A stretch of 64,000 nt of DNA from Candidatus Bathyarchaeota archaeon (GCA_963715865.1 OY970280.1:1440001-1504000); one strand, 5' to 3'. Shown: positions 19,463-28,895, numbered from the stretch's first letter. Notes: a model not told the origin generated them from the letters alone. Made by a program: numbers and translations.

Positions 19463-20521
19463 TTAGCGTCCACGAGATTTAGTTGCTTTCTCTTCCTCAG
19501 AGACATCTTCTATTCCGTTTTCGGTTACTTTAAGTATTTCCTCTCCTTCAGGCAAATATGGGCTTGAAACTAGCCTTGCAATTCGTATTGGTCCATGAGG
19601 TGCTTTTCGGAGGTAGATGCGTGTGTGGCTTGTGTGGCCGACGATGTTTCCACCGATTGGGTGGATTGCGTCGCCGAAGAATTGGTCTGGTTTAGCCATT
19701 ACTTGGTTGGTTACGACTGCTACAGCGTTGAATGCTCTGGCTAAACCGATTAGTTTGTGCATGTGCTTGTTGAGTTTCTGTTGTCTTGGTGCTAACATTT
19801 CTCTTCCAATGTATTCGCTTCTGAAGTGCCCAGTTAAGGAATCTACTATGATTAGTTTAATGTTGTTTGCTTTGATTATTTCATCAGCTCTCTCTAAAAG
19901 GAACATTTGGTGGTCTGAAGTGTATGCTTCAGCGTAAATGATGTTTCTTACAACTTGTTCAGGGTCTAAGCCTAAGTGTTTAGACATTTGCACTATGCGC
20001 TCAAGCCTGAAAGTGTTTTCTGTGTCCACGTATAATGCTGCACCGTTGAGTCCACCTCGTTCCGGAGGTAACTGGACGTTTACGCAAAGTTGATGGCATA
20101 TTTGGCTTTTTCCACTGCCATACTCACCGTAAAATTCTGTAATGGTTTGGGTTTCTAAGCCACCGTCAACGATTTTGTCTAAGGCTTTGCTGCCTGTGCT
20201 TAATCGTAAAACGGTTTGGCGCATTTTGAAAAGTTCATCTGCTCGGACGAAGGAAATTCCAATGGATGAGCGTGCTGCTTCTATGATTTGGAAAGCCTTT
20301 TTTTCGCTTACTCCAACTGGTTCTAGTTCTCGCGCTGTCGCCATGGCTAATGATTCCACAGCGTGATAGCCGAGTTCTCGGAGTTTTTGGGCTGTGGCTG
20401 GTCCAACTCCTGGGAGGTCTTCTATGAACTCGTATTTTTTCTTGCCTGATTCAGTTTCAGGTTCTGTTTCGGTTTCTGTTTCTGTTTCTTTTTGGTTTTC
20501 AACGTCTGCAGCGTCAGTCAT
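19463..20521 (-). CDS. radA: DNA repair and recombination protein RadA
   Basis: HhH N-terminal domain (LPGVGPATAQKL), Walker A GEYGSGKS, YVDTENTFR, IIVDSLT, GGNIVGH. Acidic ET-repeat N-terminal extension. Confidence 0.96.
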   Translation of the reverse strand: MTDAADVENQKETETETETEPETESGKKKYEFIEDLPGVGPATAQKLRELGYHAVESLAMATARELEPVGVSEKKAFQIIEAARSSIGISFVRADELFKMRQTVLRLSTGSKALDKIVDGGLETQTITEFYGEYGSGKSQICHQLCVNVQLPPERGGLNGAALYVDTENTFRLERIVQMSKHLGLDPEQVVRNIIYAEAYTSDHQMFLLERADEIIKANNIKLIIVDSLTGHFRSEYIGREMLAPRQQKLNKHMHKLIGLARAFNAVAVVTNQVMAKPDQFFGDAIHPIGGNIVGHTSHTRIYLRKAPHGPIRIARLVSSPYLPEGEEILKVTENGIEDVSEEEKATKSRGR

Positions 20522-20761
20522 TACGTTTCACACTTTAAAGATGATGTGATATTTGGGCTATTTAAAACAAGCGAAAAACAGGATTATTTGCTAAGTGGAG
20601 GGGTAAGTGAAAGTGAACCAGTTTTAAGTTTGAATTCGCAAAGAATTAGCGTTGAAGAATTGTTAGTCAAGAAATCTTGACTAAAAATTCACGTTTAGTC
20701 AAGGAATGTTGACAAGAAGTCTTTTATCCGTGAAATCAGCCCAGTAAAAAACGGTGAAAAA

Positions 20762-21172
20762 ATGAGGGAAATTGCCACTCTGCTGCTTGTTTTAGTCTTG
20801 GTTATGACGTCTTGCGTAGCCTTGCCTTCATCGGTTAAAGCTATTTCCGGAACCATTACTGTTCCTGAAGAAACGCTTACCACAAGTTCACCAGCAAATC
20901 CCGCTCCCAACCTTACACCAAGCCCAACACCGAATTCGTCACAGTCCCCACAGCTGACTCCCCAGCAAGGAACACAGCAGTCACAGCCCACCCCAACTGT
21001 AAAGCCATCTCCCTTTCCATCACCATTCATAATAGCTGCCTCTATAGTAGCTTTGGTGGCGGTGTTTGGCATAATTCTGTCGCTCTGCCTTAGAAAACGG
21101 GGCAAAACTAAAACTGTGAGAAACACAACTGGCGAACGCTTCTGGGTCATCGACTGTTATGGTCACCGCTAG
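20762..21172 (+). CDS. Small secreted Ser/Thr/Pro/Gln-rich membrane-anchored protein
   Basis: Signal peptide, low-complexity stalk, TM helix plus RKRGK; no globular domain. Confidence 0.65.
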   Translation: MREIATLLLVLVLVMTSCVALPSSVKAISGTITVPEETLTTSSPANPAPNLTPSPTPNSSQSPQLTPQQGTQQSQPTPTVKPSPFPSPFIIAASIVALVAVFGIILSLCLRKRGKTKTVRNTTGERFWVIDCYGHR

Positions 21173-21206
21173 TTTGCTGGTTTATTTTAAGAAACGTAAA
21201 AATTAG

Positions 21207-21488
21207 TTATTCTTTACATTCTTTGAGGCTACGAAGTTCATCCACTGTCTTGTTCAGTAAGGCTGTGTCCTTAAACGATTTAATGGCAGAAACTGGCAAA
21301 CAAACTACCACTTTGCCGAGATAAGGCCTTTTGAACCCCAGCTTCTTCGTAGCTTCATCAGTTAAACCAACATAAAAATTCGTTACCTGCCAAGTATTCA
21401 TGTCCAGTTCAGCACTTTCCACTTCGCCCAGCAAAACCGCGTCAGAAGTGAAAGCTTTTTTCCAAAATAACCTGCTAATTTCAACCAT
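21207..21488 (-). CDS. PRC-barrel domain protein
   Basis: KAFTSDAVLLGEVESAELDMNTWQVTNFYV...LPVSAIKSFKDTALL pattern. Confidence 0.8.
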   Translation of the reverse strand: MVEISRLFWKKAFTSDAVLLGEVESAELDMNTWQVTNFYVGLTDEATKKLGFKRPYLGKVVVCLPVSAIKSFKDTALLNKTVDELRSLKECKE

Positions 21489-21596
21489 ACATAAACCTCA
21501 CCAGTAAATTAGCAAGCGCATCTTATATTTGTTTATTGGAAGAGCTTGCAGAATCCTTTTTAACATTCCAAAAGCAATAGTTATAATGGTAAATTT

Positions 21597-21974
21597 ATGA
21601 CTACTTCGCAAAAAGAAACAACCTACAAGAAACTAACTCCCGAAGAGGAACGCGTCATTGTTCGCAAAAGCACAGAAATGCCCTTCACCGGCAAATACTA
21701 CGCGTTTTGGGAAAAAGGCATCTACGTATGCAAACGCTGCAGAGCACCACTTTACCGCTCAGAAAACAAGTTTGAAGCAAACTGCGGGTGGCCAAGCTTT
21801 GATGAGGAAATTCCAGGCGCAGTTAAACGATTACCTGACCCTGATGGAGTGCGAACTGAAATTCAATGCGCAAACTGCGGCGCCCACTTAGGGCACGTTT
21901 TCATCGGTGAACAATTCACGGAAAAAAACACTCGGCACTGCGTTAACTCAATATCAATGGATTTTCTGAAATAA
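21597..21974 (+). CDS. msrB: Peptide-methionine (R)-S-oxide reductase; C-terminus supplied by the integrated element
   Basis: TEMPFTGKY, Zn ligands CKRC/CANC, GWPSF, HLGHVF, RHCVNS. Confidence 0.95.
   Translation: MTTSQKETTYKKLTPEEERVIVRKSTEMPFTGKYYAFWEKGIYVCKRCRAPLYRSENKFEANCGWPSFDEEIPGAVKRLPDPDGVRTEIQCANCGAHLGHVFIGEQFTEKNTRHCVNSISMDFLK
21950..21965 (+). repeat. attL core AATATCAATGGATTTT (inside the msrB 3' end)
   Basis: Exact 16-bp direct repeat of 30471-30486. Confidence 0.92.
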
Positions 21975-22045
21975 ATTCGGAATATACGCATCCGTTTATA
22001 TCAAGCAAACGACATTGTAACAATCAAAAACGGAGGTAAAGAAAA

Positions 22046-23188
22046 ATGAAAAATGAATTTAAAAAAGACAAGGAGTTAGAAAAATGGATTGGACAGCCAA
22101 CAGAGGAATGGCTGAAGAGTTACAGCAAAAAAGCTGTGATCGGGATAGAAAAACGGAACATAGCTTATTATTGTAAATGGATGCAGAAAACAGACGCGAC
22201 GTTAGTGCAGGAATACAAGGACGCAGCGGACAAGGATGAATGGTCGAAAAAGACAGGGGAAAAGCTGATTGAATGGCTTAATCATCTAAAAGCGGAGGGC
22301 TACAGCGTTAACACTGTTCGCGCGTACGTTGCCAGCGTGCGGGCATTCTTCACCAATCAATGTCGATCAGTAAAGATTCAACGCGGTAAAGTTCCGAAGC
22401 AGCAGGTCGCCACAGGCGAACACGAGTTCAGCGTGTTAGAGTTGAGAAAAATGTTCCATTACGCGGACACGCGCGGAAAAGCGATATTGTCAACGGCTGT
22501 TAGTTTAGGTTGGGCAGCAGATGATTTCTTGAATTTCACACGCGTGGAGATGGAAGGTTACGTTAACAAGGCATTAGCGGAGAAAGAGCAGTTTATCGGC
22601 TTCACGCATGTAAGAGGCAAAACAGGCGCAGTCAGCAGAAGTCACTTGACGCCAGAAGCGATTGAAAGTTTAAAGGCTTACCTGGACATCACGGAAAAAA
22701 GCGCAAAGTTTCTCTGGGCGAACGGATCACTCGAAGATCATCTCACAGGCGACACGATCAACAACATCTTACGCGATCTAACGGAGAAAGCGGGAATTGT
22801 AACGATCGGAACAGTTCACTTTCATCTGATACGCAAGTTCACGATGTCCGCGCTGTCAAGTGCAGGGATTGGAGATTGGGACGTTAAGTTTATGATCGGA
22901 AAAGAAGTGCCTGCTGACATACAAACGTATCTCATCAATCGCAAAGAAGTCTTAATGGAAGAGTTTCAGAAAGCTTATCCTAAAATGTCGCTGACAGGCT
23001 ACGCAAACCGCAACCACGACCGAGTAAGCGAGTTAGAAGAGGAAAACAAGAAACTCAAGGAAAACAACGCTTTAATCTGGGCGACGTTAGCGCAGATAGT
23101 CGGAAACAACCCGAAGATGGCTGAAATTCGGAAGGTTATCGAGAGGCAAATTAAAGCGCCAACACCTAAACCTGAAAGAGAGGAATAA
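22046..23188 (+). CDS. Tyrosine recombinase/integrase
   Basis: SAM-like N-terminal domain (NTVRAYVASVRAFF), RGKT, HLIRKF (HxxR), MIGK, nucleophile in IQTY, C-terminal coiled coil. Box I reads LGWAADD, with no Arg. Confidence 0.9.
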   Translation: MKNEFKKDKELEKWIGQPTEEWLKSYSKKAVIGIEKRNIAYYCKWMQKTDATLVQEYKDAADKDEWSKKTGEKLIEWLNHLKAEGYSVNTVRAYVASVRAFFTNQCRSVKIQRGKVPKQQVATGEHEFSVLELRKMFHYADTRGKAILSTAVSLGWAADDFLNFTRVEMEGYVNKALAEKEQFIGFTHVRGKTGAVSRSHLTPEAIESLKAYLDITEKSAKFLWANGSLEDHLTGDTINNILRDLTEKAGIVTIGTVHFHLIRKFTMSALSSAGIGDWDVKFMIGKEVPADIQTYLINRKEVLMEEFQKAYPKMSLTGYANRNHDRVSELEEENKKLKENNALIWATLAQIVGNNPKMAEIRKVIERQIKAPTPKPEREE

Positions 23189-23205
23189 GCCTCTCATCCA
23201 GTTTT

Positions 23206-23412
23206 TTATGCCACACTAATGTGCATTTTTGGTCTGTACCAGTAAAGAGTAATTGGAATGTGGCACTCTACGCAATCGACAATTCTTTCATAAATGGTTC
23301 CTTCAGCTTCTTTAGGTTTCTCTAACGACATGGTTGTATGTTGAGGGTCAGGTGGATAGATTTCGTTCCGATGACCCTCTTGGCAACTAAAAATTATTTT
23401 CTTGGAGGACAT
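23206..23412 (-). CDS. Small putative Zn-binding protein
   Basis: 68 aa, CQEGH...CVECH; convergent with the integrase. Confidence 0.6.
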   Translation of the reverse strand: MSSKKIIFSCQEGHRNEIYPPDPQHTTMSLEKPKEAEGTIYERIVDCVECHIPITLYWYRPKMHISVA

Positions 23413-23537
23413 ATTTGTTCAACCTGACCATTCTCTTTGTAGCTTTCTCCTTAATTAATTCTATACAACAACTGGGCAGCGTCTGGGCTTCGAACTGGTT
23501 GCGACCCAGCAAGCATGTTAGTGAAAGTCAAGTGAAA

Positions 23538-23830
23538 TTCACTATGGATTCATTATGGAAACGCATGGAAGAAACAGTCGATTCCAGACGCTTTTTCGAC
23601 CTTCGCTTTTCGGACTTGCATGGGAAAACAATGGGAAAATTCAGTCGAAGTAGCGAATCTTCGAAAAAGAGTATCAAACCGACTGGAGCGGAGCGACCTA
23701 CCAAAGGTATTAATGGCGCTTCCTCCAAGATTTTTACGGAACAGTTTGTATCGCCATTCACTATGGAAACTGCTGGTTCGTTTCACTTTCGCTGTTTTGC
23801 ATGGGAAATGCTCATGTCTGTTCGCTGTTT
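23538..23830. repeat. Degenerate short direct repeats in a probably non-coding stretch (candidate element origin)
   Basis: TTCACTATGGA at 23538 and 23757; TGCATGGGAAA at 23617 and 23798; TTCGCTGTTT at 23788 and 23821. Overlapping ORFs look spurious. Confidence 0.45.
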
Positions 23831-24113
23831 CGACTGGTGTGCTGCCATAGTGTAAGCCATGCTATTATACTGTACGCTGAATACGTCACTCATTACTTTA
23901 GTCGCTTAGACACTACGTTTGCATGTTGAACATGTATGAACCCTTCGCTGCTTCGAACGGAATTAATACGTATTGATGAGAGGTTCGAAGGGAAGTGAGT
24001 AGATTTGCAGAATTGTAGCGATATTTTCGCGTAGTCTGCCACGGATAGGGGGGTCTGTTGTTGAAAAATAATATTTCAAAAACGTTCCCTATCAAGCCAG
24101 CAAACACATAAAA

Positions 24114-25418
24114 TTATCTGTGAAATTCTGCAATGCTGACAATCCATTTACCGTGTTCCGCACGCTTACGCTTAACGTAGCCGTTGTCTTCTAAAGTCGG
24201 CATTATTCGACCGACAGTTGAAGGGTCAACATCCAACGCTTCTGCTATCATTTCCTGATCAGTTTCCCCTCTCTCCTTGAGAAACGACAACATTTTAACC
24301 GCTACGCGCTTTCGACTTTCGCTCTTGAACATCTCTGCGAATTCTAACTCTGCATCCTGCATAAGAACAGCGTCAGTGATCACGGCTTTAACGTCTTCCA
24401 CCGTTACTGTTTCCTTGCCTCTTCGCACCATGTTTAAAACGATCATGTTAACGTAGCGCATGAAGCGACGGAAAATGCCCCTGCTATATTGTGCAACCAA
24501 CGTTAAAGACTCAGCAGCGAACGGATCAAGAGAACCTGCACCGAGCGCTTTCCTGTAAACCTCCAGCATCTCTTCAGGCTTCAAAGGCGTTAACTCCATG
24601 AGCGGGTACATTTTCAGTAAAAAGAACTGCTGCCGCGCTTTAACCAGCTCTTTCTGCAAGAAAACTATAACGTTTGCCTTGTAACCGAAGGCTCGCAGAT
24701 CAGTCCAAAACTCACTAAGCTGGGTTAAATCACGGTTGATTAAACGGACGTCCTTGCGTCCGTAGTCGGGTGTATCGATCAAAAAGGCTTTGCGGTAGTT
24801 CATACGGAACGAATCCTTCATCTCTTCCTTCCAAAACTTGTAAACGCCTGTGTCCCATTTTGGGATTGAAACGTTAAAATCAGGTCTTGTTTCTGTTGTT
24901 GTTATTGTTGAATTCCCGTCTTTCTCAACTTTCTCAACTGTTTTCGGTTCCTGCTTATCATAGAAGCGTCTTAATGCGCTGCTAAAGGCGAACTTTAACG
25001 CTGTTTTTCCCTGCCCCGAGTAGCCCATCACGCCGACAAGCAAGCCTTCAGGAACAGTCTTCAGCAAGGAGAGAAGCTCCTTAGCCTGCCCTGTCCAATA
25101 ATAGCCGTAAACGCCGTCTTCCGCGCGGTTTTTCGATGACCATTCTAATGCAAGCCTCACCTGCTTCTGCACGGCTGTTTCCGCTTTGACTGACCTTCTG
25201 ATAAATCTTCCAACAAATTTTGTCGCTTCCATTCGACCGTTCTTGCATGGAACAGGTTTGAAACAGAGAAGCTTAATGACGCCTCTTTTGCTTGGCACAA
25301 GCGCGTATTGTTCAAGGTAGTCTTTTAAAGGCATCAGAATCCTGCCTTTGTACATGCAAGGAGAGCAATATTTAAGGTAAGAATCGAAAGGGACTTCTAT
25401 AACGCTTTCCTTGCTCAT
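24114..25418 (-). CDS. AAA+ ATPase with C-terminal winged HTH (Cdc6/Orc1- or ExeA-like architecture); candidate replication initiator of the element
   Basis: Walker A GYSGQGKT, Walker B FLIDTPD, lid LTPLKPEEML...SRGIFRRF, wHTH DQEMIAEALDVDPSTVGRIMPTLEDNGYV. Confidence 0.75.
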   Translation of the reverse strand: MSKESVIEVPFDSYLKYCSPCMYKGRILMPLKDYLEQYALVPSKRGVIKLLCFKPVPCKNGRMEATKFVGRFIRRSVKAETAVQKQVRLALEWSSKNRAEDGVYGYYWTGQAKELLSLLKTVPEGLLVGVMGYSGQGKTALKFAFSSALRRFYDKQEPKTVEKVEKDGNSTITTTETRPDFNVSIPKWDTGVYKFWKEEMKDSFRMNYRKAFLIDTPDYGRKDVRLINRDLTQLSEFWTDLRAFGYKANVIVFLQKELVKARQQFFLLKMYPLMELTPLKPEEMLEVYRKALGAGSLDPFAAESLTLVAQYSRGIFRRFMRYVNMIVLNMVRRGKETVTVEDVKAVITDAVLMQDAELEFAEMFKSESRKRVAVKMLSFLKERGETDQEMIAEALDVDPSTVGRIMPTLEDNGYVKRKRAEHGKWIVSIAEFHR

Positions 25419-25726
25419 GTCGCTTGTCCCTTCACCGTTACGATCATGCTCGGCAACGTTTTTAACGCTTCCAGCTTCTGTACGTATTCTTTTGCAGCCG
25501 TCGTTAGCAACGCATTAACTAACTGCTCAACGCTTACGCCTGCAAGCTCTGCTAACCGCGCGTACGGCTTGTATAAGGAAGAGGGCAGATCAAGGACAGG
25601 CACAAGCGGAACAAGAATAGCGTCAGGATTTGAACAAACGCAAGCAGCAGCGTCGGCTGGAGGCTTACGCTGGTATTCCTTACCGCACCTGGGACATCGC
25701 CCGAACATTATTATTTTAACCTTCAT
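25415..25726 (-). CDS. Zn-ribbon plus ribbon-helix-helix DNA-binding protein
   Basis: CPRC...CVC, then LDLPSSLYKPYARLAELAGVSVEQLVNALL (RHH-like). The stop overlaps the AAA+ start. Confidence 0.65.
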   Translation of the reverse strand: MKVKIIMFGRCPRCGKEYQRKPPADAAACVCSNPDAILVPLVPVLDLPSSLYKPYARLAELAGVSVEQLVNALLTTAAKEYVQKLEALKTLPSMIVTVKGQAT

Positions 25727-26004
25727 TTCAAATCTCCTAAAGTTTTAAAGTTTCCCAAAGATTCACAGACAGGCAAGCGGGGACTTCGAGCGCACGTTAG
25801 CAACAAAGCCTCCAACAATGACAGGAGAGGAGGTGAGTCCGACTCTTGTTTGTTGTTTTTCACCTGCCCGTCTTTTGTGCCTTTTTTACTTTGGGACGCC
25901 TCGATGCAGAAGGCAGCGGGGGACTGATGAAACCGCACCGAAGCGCCCCTGTTGCTTGGGGAATCGGAAGACCGAATCGGGGAACCATGAACCCCTCCGT
26001 GCCG

Positions 26005-26193
26005 TCACCAGCATGGAAATCTTCCAGCTCCCTGTTGTGGGAAGTAGGAATTGGGAAATGGCGATTTGCCTGCCTTGCAAAAACCAGTGGTTGTGTTGGG
26101 GGATAAAAAAAAATGAAAAGCTCTTATCACGGAATGCTGTTGTTCCTGCATGGCTTTAGGCTCGCTGTTCCCGTTGCCGTCCTCGTAATTCAT
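26005..26193 (-). CDS. Hypothetical small protein (uncertain)
   Basis: Start overlaps the upstream stop (ATGA). It crosses a 9-nt homopolymer, so the frame is doubtful. Confidence 0.3.
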   Translation of the reverse strand: MNYEDGNGNSEPKAMQEQQHSVIRAFHFFLSPNTTTGFCKAGKSPFPNSYFPQQGAGRFPCW

Positions 26194-26577
26194 GCTGTTG
26201 GTGTCTCCTCTGTTGCTGTCACCTTCTCAAGCTCCGCCTCTTTCTCAGGTTTTGCCTCCTCTGTTGCTGGCTGTTCAACTGCGTGTTCTGGTGTCGCTGT
26301 GACGGTTTCAACTGCGGGCTCAACGATCGGCATTTCCTCCGTTGCTGTCGGTTGCGGTGCTGTAACGGTTTCCTTTTTCTAATCCAACTTTAGGCTCTTC
26401 CTCTCGTAAATCGACGGTTTCTCCTCGCCTCTTTCTAATTTCAGGAGGAGCCATCTTCCAAGTATTCTCAACCATTTTGGTCAAAACTGCCGTTTCATCT
26501 TTGTTTGTTGTGCATAACATTTTGAATTTCTGCCATGTTTCCGCTGATACATCAACTTTTATTTCCAATTCATTCAC
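26190..26577 (-). pseudogene. RHH/CopG-like N-terminus plus acidic Thr/Ala/Glu/Pro-rich tail, split by a +1 frameshift
   Basis: GGAGGTG RBS, then MNELEIKVDVSAETWQKFKMLC. Removing one base from the T5 run at 26374-26378 joins it to ETVTAPQPTATEE...TPTA* (about 128 aa in total). Confidence 0.55.
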
Positions 26578-26583
26578 CTCCGT

Positions 26584-27372
26584 TTAACTCAAAAGAAGTC
26601 CTGTCCTACCGTGCAGTCGATCGTTTACGTCCTGCACTTTCGCCGTGATTTTTTCGTAAAGCGTCGGTGGCAGACCGCTGACTGCCATCTGCTTCGCTAT
26701 TTTTTCTATTGCAGTATAGAAGCGTGCGTATCTCTCCCCTTTTACCTGTTGAATCCAAGCGGTATGCTCCTGCAAGAACGTGTTAAATTGATCAGTTAGA
26801 TACGGGTCGATGCTTAACGCTAACAGTTCCGCACGAGTTTTCTCCTCGAACTCCACGAGTTTCTTAGACTGCTCCTCATCGATCTTCGCTAAATTGCTTT
26901 CCACGGTTCCGTCTAATTCCTCTAACGCGCGAGCTATGATTTCTCGTGGCGGAGACGGAAGTGTTTTAAGATAAAAGTAGATTTCGCCAGGCATTTCGCT
27001 TAGGGTTTTAGCTACCGCGTTTATGTCCGCGCTAACATTCTTACCGCAATCCACGCAAGAGCCAGTAAGGTGAAGTTGAGCGTCCGATGTCCCGCCTCGC
27101 TTTAGAAACGGATCAGCTTCGCTTTTGCGCCGTAGTATTTCCAGCTTGTACAGGGCAGTGAACAAGTCGATCCTTTTATCGCTGATTTCTTCCCAGACCT
27201 TGTTCCGTTCGCTGTTAAGCTGCGACTGCGCTTCAATCGTGGCGAGGATTTCCTCTGTGGCTTTCGGGCTTTGATTGAAAAGTCGTTCAACCGTGTTTTT
27301 TTCACTGCCACACCAACCGCATTTAGGCTTGGCAATTACGGTAACGCTGACGTGCGGATAATTATCGAACAT
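26584..27372 (-). CDS. Hypothetical protein with split Zn-finger (CGWC...CVDC) and long coiled-coil helices
   Basis: 262 aa, start overlaps the protease gene end. Confidence 0.7.
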   Translation of the reverse strand: MFDNYPHVSVTVIAKPKCGWCGSEKNTVERLFNQSPKATEEILATIEAQSQLNSERNKVWEEISDKRIDLFTALYKLEILRRKSEADPFLKRGGTSDAQLHLTGSCVDCGKNVSADINAVAKTLSEMPGEIYFYLKTLPSPPREIIARALEELDGTVESNLAKIDEEQSKKLVEFEEKTRAELLALSIDPYLTDQFNTFLQEHTAWIQQVKGERYARFYTAIEKIAKQMAVSGLPPTLYEKITAKVQDVNDRLHGRTGLLLS

Positions 27373-27979
27373 GTCTGTTTTTCCTCCAATGTTGAAGTGG
27401 CGTTAGCGGTACAGGTTTTTCCTTTTCATCAGAGGTCGTAACTTGTTCTAATCCTATGCCTTCGTTTATCGGAACCGCTTGCTGTCTGATGCCCTCCATT
27501 AAACCTTCCCATAAATGAACTGTTGCCTGCGGGTTACCAGCATCCATGTTTTGCAGAAAAGAGAATTCATTAAAGTCAAAGGCGTACGGGATTAACTGTC
27601 CTTCCTCCCCTACGATCACGCCTCCACCTGGCTTTGTCCAATCGACGCCTACCGAAACGTGCTTGATGATGCCTTTCCTAATCTTGTCGGCAATGTCGGC
27701 TGTCACGTACCCCTCATAAATCAACTCCCCATCCTTCCAAACGCTGACAGTAATTCGGTTGCCTTCTGGAAGCGGATATGAGTGGTCAATCGTTACACGT
27801 GCCTTAGTCAACGTCGGCGCTGCACGTTCCAGATAAGGCTCGACGTACTGCCGTACTTTAGCCCATTCATTAGGATGGAAGGTTTTGCACGGATGAATTG
27901 CGGAACCTGGGATTTTGAAAAGTTTTCCATCGACGCTTTCAAGAAGCGTTAAGCCATCGCTGTAGAATTCGAGTTTCAT
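27362..27979 (-). CDS. Putative HK97-type prohead maturation protease (assemblin-fold Ser protease)
   Basis: Ordered motifs KIPGSAIHP, LERAAPTL..ARVTIDH(66), IADKIRKGIIKHVS(109)VG, NE(138)FSFL...AGNPQATV match the His/Ser/ExS-PA pattern of caudoviral prohead proteases. Confidence 0.7.
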   Translation of the reverse strand: MKLEFYSDGLTLLESVDGKLFKIPGSAIHPCKTFHPNEWAKVRQYVEPYLERAAPTLTKARVTIDHSYPLPEGNRITVSVWKDGELIYEGYVTADIADKIRKGIIKHVSVGVDWTKPGGGVIVGEEGQLIPYAFDFNEFSFLQNMDAGNPQATVHLWEGLMEGIRQQAVPINEGIGLEQVTTSDEKEKPVPLTPLQHWRKNRHVR

Positions 27980-28202
27980 GTCCTTTCCTCCTTTGCTGCC
28001 TGTTCAATTACGTACTCCAAACAATCGCTTTGATTTTTAAAACCGTGCTTCTTCTGAATGGCGCAGAACTTTTCAAAGGCAGGGTCACTTACAGGAATTG
28101 AAAGATTTTTCAAATTCAACACGACGCGATTTGTATTTATTGTATGAACAAACATTTATATAACAAAATCGGTTATTATTTAACGCGAAATACACAAAAA
28201 TT

Positions 28203-28625
28203 GTGAAAGAAGGAAAACCCATGTTAACCAAACCAATGAGGAAATACGTTGAAAGCAAAACAAAGGTAGGTTACGACAAACACATGCAAGACGTTTATGA
28301 TGATAGACTTCGAAAATACGCAACCGACGCCCTTAAAGACCTTAAGCTGCTCGCTGAAAAACTGCCTGAAGAACAATTAGAAAAGATTTTCAACGTCGAG
28401 AACACGCAACCGTTTATCGGGGCATTATTAGCCTTGAAAAGCGACAACGAAGCGAAAAGGCGTGAAAGGATTATCGAATTGTGGGACGCCATATTCAAGA
28501 GCATATCGCCCGAATACGGTTTAAAGCTGGTCAGCAGAGACGTTTGGCGTGCCTTAACAATGAGGGAAGACAGGACGCTGCAAGCCATCTACTACGCTGC
28601 ACGGTTCCACGAGCCGAAACCTTAG
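28203..28625 (+). CDS. Hypothetical alpha-helical protein, divergently transcribed (possible regulator)
   Basis: 140-aa ORF; AT-rich promoter region at 28080-28200 shared with the protease operon. Confidence 0.65.
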   Translation: MKEGKPMLTKPMRKYVESKTKVGYDKHMQDVYDDRLRKYATDALKDLKLLAEKLPEEQLEKIFNVENTQPFIGALLALKSDNEAKRRERIIELWDAIFKSISPEYGLKLVSRDVWRALTMREDRTLQAIYYAARFHEPKP

Positions 28626-28777
28626 CCTAAACACTCCGACAATACTATGCAAACGATGTCTAAACACTTCGTACACATCCACTCTTCAAACTCGGGGACG
28701 TAAGTGCATTTACGCTCCTGCTTGCATCTATCACACTTGCAGAGTAACACAAGCGGTTTAAGAAGCGTTACCAGCAT
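28622..28777 (-). CDS. Small Cys-rich Zn-finger protein (51 aa, not in the ORF track)
   Basis: MLVTLLKPLVLLCKCDRCKQERKCTYVPEFEEWMCTKCLDIVC...; overlaps the upstream gene end. Confidence 0.55.
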   Translation of the reverse strand: MLVTLLKPLVLLCKCDRCKQERKCTYVPEFEEWMCTKCLDIVCIVLSECLG

Positions 28778-28895
28778 AATAACAAACCCAGCCTACCAGC
28801 CACAAAGCGACAACAACAAAAAGAAAAGGGGGAAAGAGAAGTAGTAATGTTCGATTTTTCACCTTCGGTCGGGGTCTATATTGTAATTTATTCAT
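28758..28895 (-). CDS. Small single-TM protein
   Basis: MNKLQYRPRPKVKNRTLLLLFPPFLFVVVALWLVGWVCYYAGNAS; the ATG overlaps the upstream TGA. Confidence 0.55.
   Translation of the reverse strand: MNKLQYRPRPKVKNRTLLLLFPPFLFVVVALWLVGWVCYYAGNAS

Noticed and set aside
20455-20495. GAAAC(A/C)-type repeats at the radA 5' end as a regulatory microsatellite
   Set aside because: They simply encode an acidic ETETETEPETE extension; no frame disruption.
23415-23855. 146-aa plus-strand ORF and three overlapping ORFs
   Set aside because: They overlap each other, have no recognisable motifs, and lie in repeat-containing DNA.
25723-26382. Several plus-strand ORFs (25818, 25846, 26113) and competing minus-strand frames
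   Set aside because: The plus-strand ones are antisense shadows of low-complexity sequence. The true minus-strand gene in 25723-26000 could not be determined.
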